Source of the DNA: Camelus ferus
Taxonomy: Eukaryota
Length of the DNA: 64,000 nt
Assembly (NCBI RefSeq): GCF_009834535.1
Contig: NC_045698.1
Coordinates: 68,510,001-68,574,000, forward strand
Direction of reading: 5' to 3'
The notes below the pieces were generated by a model. It did not search any database. It worked only from the letters and a program-made list of their open reading frames with translations, and was not told the DNA's origin. Each line of letters opens with the position of its first letter. The stretch's first letter is position 1. Position numbers and translations under genes: made by a program. This document shows positions 23,586 to 31,965 of the stretch, one piece after another.

Positions 23586-26286
23586 GGCACCCTGGTTCCT
23601 CACTTCTGCTTTCTGGGAGCATTTACCCGATAGACTATTTGCATTAAAATGCCTTTGAGCTGTGTTTTAAAAGGAAACCTAAACTCTGAATGTGACATAC
23701 AAATGCACATTTTTCTATGAATAGATTCTTTATTTTATTATCCCCACATGTCCATACATCTGCCATTTTATAAAGCATCAGAATAGATAAGATTTCAAGA
23801 GGTATGGAAATAAAAAGACAAGAAAAATCCTACTGAAACACATTTTAGATAAGGACAGAAGAAAAGGAGACCCCAGAGAAGAGAGGATATAATCATTGAG
23901 TGAGAAGTGGTATTAGGAGACTCACATTCCACATCTTGGAAAGTTTGGGCACATGGATTTTCAAATTCCAGGATCCCCCCAAAATCAAACTTAAAAGTCA
24001 TGATAATCTGAAAACATGTACTGAAGTGCTAGAAATAAATCACTTTAAGAAGTCATTACTTAGAAGCAAGTACAAGATGTGTTCTTTTATGTGGATTCCT
24101 TCAAACTGGAAACACCAAGTAAATGTTAACACAAAGACACTTGGAAGTGGAGGGTCTTGTGGATTGTTTCAATAGGTATGTGGTTACTTGGCTTTGGTGG
24201 TAAGTGCTTGGTTTAGGGTCAATTTCAGCTTTATTTAACTTTGTAATTCAACAATGATTCTGGAGAAGTACGGTAAGGAGCAGGGGTGGAAGTTGTAAAA
24301 GTTCCATAAGCAGAGATTGTTGAATATTTCCGTTTTTTAGAATAATAGTTTCTCAAACTCTACTGTTTATATCACTAAAAAAAAATGCAGCCTGCTTCTG
24401 TTCTTCGTGGCTTCTGAATGGAGTATTGCTTGTCTTGATTTTGCCACCTGACTACAAGTCACGCTCAGAGCAGCCTGTGTCCTCTGCCTGGCCTCCTCTA
24501 TGCCCCCTCAGCTCTCTGGGCACTCTAGGAATAGAATACTTGCCACCAAAGGAAATGATTATTTCCTTGTTAGTCTCTTTCATCTAAATTTTGATAACCA
24601 CCAGGAAAAGTACTCCTCATGTTTCACAGACTGCCTAGTAGGTAGTATTACTTTATAAATGTTGAATCAATTTTAACCATTTCATAAGATAAATTATTTT
24701 TTAGGTTTCACATACCATCAAATTTGCACATGCATACATATTAAATGAGTTTATAAATTCACATAAGAAAAACATGCCATCGGTGTCTATAGAAGGAAAT
24801 AAAATTACCCCATAAGTGAATGCCTCGTATACTGATAAAAAGTAGGAGTGAGAATATTGAATACAAATGATTATTCTAACTCACAAGAACACTAACAGCT
24901 ACAACAGTGTCCATAGAAAAGCAGAAAGTATACTTACTTTTCTTTTACTAAGCCTATGTTTTACCTTTGGACATTCAGCAAATAAGGTCTTAAAATAAAA
25001 TATAAGCCCATATTTTAAAAAAGAAAAATCTTGACTTATTAGGAGAGCCTTCAGAAACATTTCTGCATAATGGATGTGGTAAATATGAAACATCTGAGCC
25101 TGCGTTTACCCTGTTACTATTCTGTACCTGAGAGACAAACGATCTAGATCTGTTTGACACAATGACCTCATGCCCAGTTGCGGAGACCAATGAACATAGA
25201 ATCCAAAGCAGAGCAACTCTGGTGTAGTGATCTTTCCTGGAGAACATCTGCTACCAGCTGAGTGTTTACTCTTTGGCGGCACTGGCAGATGTGCTGGTAG
25301 GCAGCCCATCTGTGCGGTGATGGGAGGCTGGAGCGAAGGAAGCTGGGCTGGGCAGACAGAGCGAGCTTACTCTAATACACTGACTTGTTCCAGAAAATGC
25401 AAATTATTACCTCATAGCATGTTTCTTTCTTCCTGTGCTATTAATGTTTTAAAAGCTAACTAATGTGTGCATTGCCCAGCAATAAAGTTTAGGTCTGGGA
25501 CTGCTCCTAGGAATGTTGTCACGGTCGAATTATTATTTTAGAAAAGAGAGCAACTGTTACTGTAAAAATATAAAAAGTTTAGATAATAAATATGTAAGTT
25601 TAAAATATTTTCCTATTTGAAAATATTCAAAAATATTTTGGCCTATGAGAAAAGAACACATTGAATAAAGTAAGCATCAACTTTTCTAACTGAAGCTCTT
25701 ATCTGTTCTCTTCTTTTGTATTGTTAAATTCAGAAGTGTTATATCCAAAATCTGCTCTGCAGGACATCATTTCACACTTAATGGAAGTTATATACAAAAT
25801 TATCAATGACTTTTTAAACAATAAAATTTCTTTCTTTATTGCAAGATTTCTCAGCTCTTTTCCTATGTTAATGTATTTTCTGAATCTCCAAGGAAGAGAT
25901 ACACAGAGTTGTCATCCAAAGAGCACATTTTTTTGTGGAGCATGTCCTGGACTAGTATTCTCTTGTGTTTACTTGAGAAATTCGACTTTGAGGATTGAAT
26001 CAGAAGCCATCAATCTGGAAGCAAAACCATTTTAAAAAGAGAGCTATTTATGTTGGCATTCAATTCTTTCACATAATTTGTTTATTGAGATTCCAGAAAT
26101 TAAGCACCTAAGTGACTGAAATCTATCTTTTAAGAATGGATTAAACAATACTTATACATTTATATCTGAGATTATTTGTTTACTTTTCGTTCATGCATGA
26201 TGAAGATAGTATGCAGGGGAAATCACTGAGCTGTCCCCTTAATCTGGAGATTAGGTTACTCTCATTCTCAGGAAGAGAAGGAAACT

Positions 26287-26289
<3 letters not shown>

Positions 26290-26318
<29 letters not shown>
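26290..26318 (+). repeat. Poly(A)29 tract
   Basis: Direct reading. Confidence 0.95.
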
Positions 26319-26321
<3 letters not shown>

Positions 26322-26739
26322 ATGTAAAATAGATGAACTTAGCCATCTGCAGAATTTCAACCTTAAGATAGTTCTGTAAATAGTTGCTACTAGTGAGAAT
26401 GAAACACCCAAATTCATTCAAACTGTAGAGGAATCTTATAATTAGACTTTAAAATAAATAAATTTTGTGAACCATAAAGTCAGATTCTAACATAAGAGTA
26501 ACCCAGTTTGCATGAAAAAAATGCAGGAAAATTTGCATCAAAAATTGGCAGTTTATACAGCACCATCCAGGACACATTGCCCTGGAAGGCACAGTTCTTC
26601 TTGTCACTCGAGAGGATCGTTCTTTTTTCATTTATTAGACTTTCCCAAAGTCTAAATTATATACCCCACCTATAGACTTACCTCGACTTTTGATCTGTGC
26701 TCAAAATAGACGGTGGTCACTGAAGTCAGACAGACCACT

Positions 26740-26880
26740 TGAATTTAAATCCTTGTTTTCTCACTTCTGAGCTTTGTGACCTTCAGCAAACCACAAAATC
26801 TCTCAGCTAATCTCATCTGTAAAACTGGATGTTGTAGTAAGCATCTCATAGGCTCATGGTGAGGTCTGATTATATCCCAA
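26740..26880 (+). mobile_element. MIR SINE
   Basis: tttgtgaccttcagcaaacc...ctcatctgtaaaactgg. Confidence 0.7.
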
Positions 26881-27593
26881 GAATAAATCAGGACTGCCCA
26901 TTGTACATGGATCTTTGAGAGTAGAAGGTAATTATGCACATACAAATAAGATCGATATTCATCAACCATTGTTCATGGTTCATTGTTGGTTTCTAGAAAT
27001 GCTTCAACATTTTAGAAGGCTAAAAGTGAACTCATGAAAATAAAGGAAATAATTTCTAGAGAAAATAGTGCAGTCTGAGAACACAGACTAGCTAGTTACA
27101 GAAAGCCATGGAAGATTTAAATATTTGGTTTTCAGAATCCTCTTCTGGAAGGTAACCTGCAAACAGTAGCAAGTGGGTGCAACGGCAGTTGACATCACAA
27201 GTAAGAATGTGCGGGGCTTAAGGAGCCACTGGCCTCCTCATCCATGAAGCTGGAGACCCAGTGACAGCAGCCAGTGGGAACATGAACTGGAGATAAATGA
27301 CTGTAACTCGTGTGACACTCCGTTCCCTCAACCACAAGCATAATGCACCACACAGAAAACTGTTAAAGAGGTTCTGATGTTCATGGGGCTTTTGATAGTG
27401 TTCACATTGACATACATACACTTTACAATAAATGATTTGCCAAACTGCCGATGGCTGGGGCTGAGGGGTAGGGAGAACAAAGGCGCCAGCTAAAGCTTGC
27501 TAAAGCTTTTTCTTACCTTATGTTGACATGTAAGGTGGAACCGAGGTCTTGGATATAAGAGATAAGAGAGAAATTGAAAAAAAGGGGGGAGGG

Positions 27594-27604
27594 TTTAATT
27601 TATT
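27594..27604 (-). terminator. ST8SIA4: Probable distal polyadenylation signal of ST8SIA4 (AATAAA overlapping ATTAAA)
   Basis: Minus strand ctgtaaAATAAATTAAAccc, followed by a U-rich downstream stretch (ttttttcaatttctctctt). Confidence 0.65.
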
Positions 27605-27929
27605 TTACAGTTTTACAAATGATAAAACAATAACACCCAATTGCTATACATAAACAATAGGGAAACAGTGTTGAACAGAATGAACTTGACAGAATAAACC
27701 TCAGCTTTCAATTCCACAAATGATGTAAGAAATACTCAGTAGCAATTATCCTGTGCAGCAATGCTATCTCTGTAAACTTTTTTTTTCCTGCTATATACAT
27801 TTGAAACACTTGTGCTTTTGCCTACACAAAGAAACAGTATCATTAAAAGGTGCTACTTAAATGGGGAGACACAGGGTCTGAAGCCACAATCTGAAAACTG
27901 CAATTCAAATACATGGCCAGCTTCAAGAC

Positions 27930-27975
27930 TTTTTTTTTTTTTTTACTTTTAATTTTTTTTTTTTTTTTTTTTTTT
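27930..27975 (-). repeat. Compound A23/A15 tract (mRNA sense) inside the ST8SIA4 3' UTR
   Basis: Plus strand T15-ac-tttt-aa-T23. Confidence 0.95.
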
Positions 27976-28177
27976 AAGATTTGGATATACTAGACCCTTA
28001 TTTTAACTCTAGGTATGAACAGCATAGAATTCAGTTATAAAGTAGCTCCCTTTAAAGCAGGTTAGTAACTGAAGTCTCAAAAGAACTTCTTTATTCTAAA
28101 GCGGTCTTATCTCCAGAGTGCTCCACAGGGCAGCCCCTGAAGATGTCAGCATTACACAAAGCTAGTGTGTGTATATT

Positions 28178-28332
28178 NNNNNNNNNNNNNNNNNNNNNNN
28201 NNNNNNNNNNNNNNNNNNNNNNNNNNNNNNNNNNNNNNNNNNNNNNNNNNNNNNNNNNNNNNNNNNNNNNNNNNNNNNNNNNNNNNNNNNNNNNNNNNNN
28301 NNNNNNNNNNNNNNNNNNNNNNNNNNNNNNNN
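28178..28332. other. Assembly gap (155 N) inside the ST8SIA4 3' UTR
   Basis: Run of n. Confidence 1.
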
Positions 28333-28606
28333 TGAACAATAACCTTCCCTCACTCCATTTGCAAAACACTGGTATATTGATAATGTCTGATGGGGAAACT
28401 CTCAAAACTTGTAGAGGTAACAACTAACTATACATAACTCTTCCTACACCCCTTCCACAATTACAGATATTCCCAACAATATCCACGGGAAAATGAGTCT
28501 TCTATGAACTAAATACCACACTGTGTGAATTATGACTAACCGGCTCAATTAGAAATAAATTACTTTGTTCACCCTTTTCCTGTGTTGTAGCTTAATAACT
28601 AGTTGG

Positions 28607-28614
28607 TATGTACA
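28607..28614 (-). promoter_or_regulatory. Pumilio response element (UGUANAUA) in 3' UTR
   Basis: mRNA-sense TGTACATA. Confidence 0.4.
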
Positions 28615-29071
28615 CAACCTATAGCTTATTTAAATAAATTTCTTCTGTAAGCATATACGTAGAAATCCTCATTAGCAATGGATAGACATTTCCTACGCTA
28701 GACGATACATAAAGACATCGGAATGCCCGGCACCTTCTTCAGGTAGAAAAACTTCCAGTCATTTCATCAGTCCTGTGGGCCAAATCATTGGATTTGCCCA
28801 GAAGAATCTGTTACTAAGTTATCTGTTTCTTTTGTATTCCAGCAACTTAATATTAAGTACACGACAGGCTGGGTAATAATGATGAAAATGTTCCTACGGC
28901 CTACTCTTGTCAACAGCACGGTAACAACCACGTTCTCTGAAGGACAGGAATAGTTCACAATCAGCTGCCCGAGCACTGCCAGGTACAGGGTTACATCGTG
29001 GAAAAGAAAGAAAAAGATTAAAGCTGTGAACATATGATAGTCTCAAAAGGAAAAAACAAACAAACAGGTGT

Positions 29072-29079
29072 TTCAAGTA
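29072..29079 (-). promoter_or_regulatory. miR-26 8mer seed site in 3' UTR
   Basis: mRNA-sense TACTTGAA. Confidence 0.6.
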
Positions 29080-29772
29080 TGTATTTATAATCTGATTTCA
29101 TCACGCTCCCTTTTGCCCCCAATGGGTTAAATCTCAATTCTTTTTCTTCCTTTTGCTGTTAGCCTTCGGTGACGTCCTTGCCCTGTCCCTGTGAGAAGGC
29201 CACAGCGGATGTGAAGGGGGAGGGACACAGAAAGGTATCCAATAGGGAATGAAATGGTCTTGTACAGTTTGTCTTTGAACACTAACTGCCTTTAATTGAA
29301 TTCATTCTTGAGTATTGAAAGTTCCCTGAGATGAACAAAAGTAGTCTCAGTCGATACTGAAGCCCTTTTTACATGCTGAGCATATTCAGAACTGGGCAAA
29401 GTATTTAGAGAACACAAAGCCTACGGCAACAAAGCCACGTGAAGCTAAAAAGGCACTACTCAACGCATCTACGGGATAAACACCACCGCACAGAACAGTA
29501 AAGGTCTGGGACGCTTTTGCTGTGGCCTTAAAAGCTGTTTAAATGCATTTGTTGAAAAATGCAGTAAAAACGGCAAGGTACCTTGCTGCTGCTTCTTGAG
29601 ACATACTTTCAGTGAGTTCTGAGATGGATTTTATCTATAAGGATTTACCTGTGACTTCAAACATTTCTGTTGAATTCAAACTAAAGGCTACTCAAACAAC
29701 CTGTCTGCAAATAGTCCAAATTAGGTAATTAACCTATTTTGGATTCATTAAGTAAATCCGATTTTTCAAGTT

Positions 29773-29780
29773 TACATTCA
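29773..29780 (-). promoter_or_regulatory. Second miR-181 8mer seed site in 3' UTR
   Basis: mRNA-sense TGAATGTA. Confidence 0.5.
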
Positions 29781-29989
29781 AAATATGGACCCAATTCTTC
29801 AAAAATTTCCAATAAATAAGAGGTTCAATGATAAAAGCACATCATGTTCTATCCATTTTTAGCTATGCATCTCCTTTATGGATTCTATTTTGTTTTCTCA
29901 GAGATACATAAATTCTCAGAAAATATAATCTTCTGTATCCCAAGGTTCTACCATATTTTAAAAAAGAATACCACATACTATTAATATAT

Positions 29990-29997
29990 TGAGAACT
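29990..29997 (-). promoter_or_regulatory. miR-146 8mer seed site in 3' UTR
   Basis: mRNA-sense AGTTCTCA; plus strand tgagaactg equals miR-146 nt 1-9. Confidence 0.6.
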
Positions 29998-30029
29998 GTA
30001 CTACCATGAATATCCTTTGTCCTTGAAAA

Positions 30030-30150
30030 CATACATATAGTCTCCATGCTATTTCTTCTTTTTTCAGACTGTCTTCCCTAAGGAACAAAACATATATACT
30101 CCTCATGCTATTTCTTCTTTTCTCAGACTGCCTTCCCTAAGAAACAAGAA
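30030..30150. repeat. 59-bp tandem duplication in the ST8SIA4 3' UTR
   Basis: catgctatttcttc starts at 30045 and at 30104; a few mismatches between copies. Confidence 0.9.
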
Positions 30151-31396
30151 GTAATCTATGTTGTTTCAGGTCAAGAGCAGAAGTGGGAACACAGCACTTC
30201 TGTTTTCTAAAGAAACAATTTACCATCAGAATTACCTACCAGCATACTAATTACCAGAAATTGGCCTACTAGTCAATTCTGCTATATGTTAAAAGTTTTT
30301 AAATTTTTATTAATAATTTCATGTGCTTGTATGAAAACACATTAATGTGATAACGAATAAATTTAACTACAGAAAAAAATACTGGTTAATTTAACTTGAA
30401 GTGCAAAATACTGATGTACAGTTTCATTGTTAAACCTCTTAAAAGTAATGATGTCTGTGATGAAAACAACACTCTATCAATCATATTATTTCTGCACTAA
30501 GAGAATTTAACAATAATCTAGAGAGCGTGCCAGTCTTTCCATCTGAATAACAAGGGGGATATCAAAGAACTAGAAGTCACATTCCAGCCCTATCAGTTGA
30601 ACATTTACTCTAAAGGGCAAAATGCTTCCACAAAATCATTATGAAATGTAAAAGCTGTGGAATCTTCCGTCAAATAAAAATAAAGTTTGAAAAGTTTAAA
30701 ATATCCAGAGACAACTTTTATATTAGTAGCATAATAATATATTAATATATTATCTTCATGAAAGGAGAATGGTTTGTTGTGTAGACACATCATTATAATC
30801 TTTGGTACCAAAAGTACATTTTTTTTTCCTGCTAATTTTATCATCTCAGATGACACAGAATATCTTTCCTTTAGAATGGCTCACGATTACCGAGTGATAC
30901 AGTTTAGATGGTACCTTCTACACCACTGGAAAAAAATCTGGAGGTTTACAGTTGTGCAAAATAAAACCTTTTTACAGAGTCATTGTGGGATAACTCTTTA
31001 AAAATATAAGAACTTCAAAAATGATCACTTGCAGGTTATTCATCTCATTCATATTTATCTCAGAAAGGATTTCTAAGCATCCCGACACCAAAACCAAAAG
31101 AGATTCCAGAAGGCAAAGGAGAACAGAAACAAAAACATAAAATTCATGATCAAACACAGAGTCCTGACTGAAGGCATTGACTTGAGTTGTTTAATCTGAA
31201 GGATTTCACTGCTCAAACTGTTTCCCTCTTGATTTCTGCTGACAGGACGCTTCAGTTTTCCCGAGGGCTGAGTTGTGTTCCCGGGTGCCTCTTCTCATGT
31301 GCTTGGCCTTGCAGTGGCAGCCCAACAGTGATGAACATATTTGCTTCATTAACTAATGACAAGTGCATTGTTGGATCTTGTAAACACTACTGTTTA

Positions 31397-31404
31397 TACA
31401 TTCA
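31397..31404 (-). promoter_or_regulatory. miR-181 8mer seed site in 3' UTR
   Basis: mRNA-sense TGAATGTA (plus strand tacattca). Confidence 0.65.
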
Positions 31405-31642
31405 AACTGTGTTCTTAGTGGAAGTGGCACTTACTAGGACCCTTGAAGTCAAAATACATAATTTTTAGAGCACTTTGCAGGTATTTCATCAGCTGGTAGT
31501 GGATTTCTCATGAATGTCCTTTATCACCTTTCAGGTAAGTGGTGGATGCTGAAATCCAGTCTTGTTTTGGATCCTATTTGCAAATCTCAGGAAGCATCTT
31601 CAGAAAAGAAGTGCATATTCAGTCTGTATTTTCAGATGTGCT

Positions 31643-31925
31643 TTATTGCTTTACGCACTTTCCTGTTGTCAGTTTCAGAGCTCCTCTATTATGCAGCACA
31701 TTTAATGTTTTGAATTCTAATGGCATTCTATGAGGACTTGCATTGGAAAAGTATCTATACTTTAAGTCATCATAGTAATGATATTTGACAGGTTTTCCAT
31801 TCAAATCCTTAGGGAATGGCCAGAATCCGTATAGGTGAATTTCATCACAGAATCTTGTGGCGAGTGTATACATGAGCAGACCTGTGCTGGGTCTTTTGAT
31901 GGGAACTTTGTTTGTCAGCCAGTAA
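31643..31925 (-). CDS. ST8SIA4: Last coding exon (human exon 5 equivalent) of ST8 alpha-N-acetyl-neuraminide alpha-2,8-sialyltransferase 4 (polysialyltransferase PST); encodes the last base of G266 through Q359 and the stop
   Basis: Translation [93 protein letters not shown] matches the ST8SIA4 C-terminus as I recall it: end of the PSTD, sialylmotif S, motif III (HYYD), VS motif with His331, and Cys292/Cys356. It starts right after a canonical ...ttttttcccccAG acceptor. The length of 283 nt equals the coding part of human exon 5. The track's GTG start at 31945 is intronic. Confidence 0.98.
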
Positions 31926-31965
31926 CTGGGGGAAAAAACACACACACGAGAGAAGAATTTAGAGA
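31926..31965 (-). promoter_or_regulatory. ST8SIA4: 3' splice acceptor and polypyrimidine tract of the ST8SIA4 last intron
   Basis: Minus strand reads ttcttctctcgtgtgtgtgttttttcccccag|TTACTGG; the AG is at 31927-31926. Confidence 0.95.

Larger units (their letters stand above)
27580..31642 (-). other. ST8SIA4: ST8SIA4 3' UTR (about 4 kb, contains a 155-N gap)
   Basis: Continuous, nearly repeat-free AT-rich sequence after the stop. The proximal part resembles the human UTR as recalled. It ends at a strong poly(A) signal, and MIR-type repeats resume beyond it. The 3' end is estimated. Confidence 0.75.

Noticed and set aside
23274-23658. Several long ORFs full of X
   Set aside because: Artefacts of the 179-N gap.
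26290-26318. A29 tract as a possible retrocopy tail
   Set aside because: No upstream SINE, LINE or mRNA body and no clear TSD.
28091-28427. ORFs spanning the second N run
   Set aside because: Artefacts of the 155-N gap.
31926-31945. N-terminal MCVFSPS of the track ORF 31643-31945
   Set aside because: Intronic polypyrimidine tract; the true exon starts at 31925.
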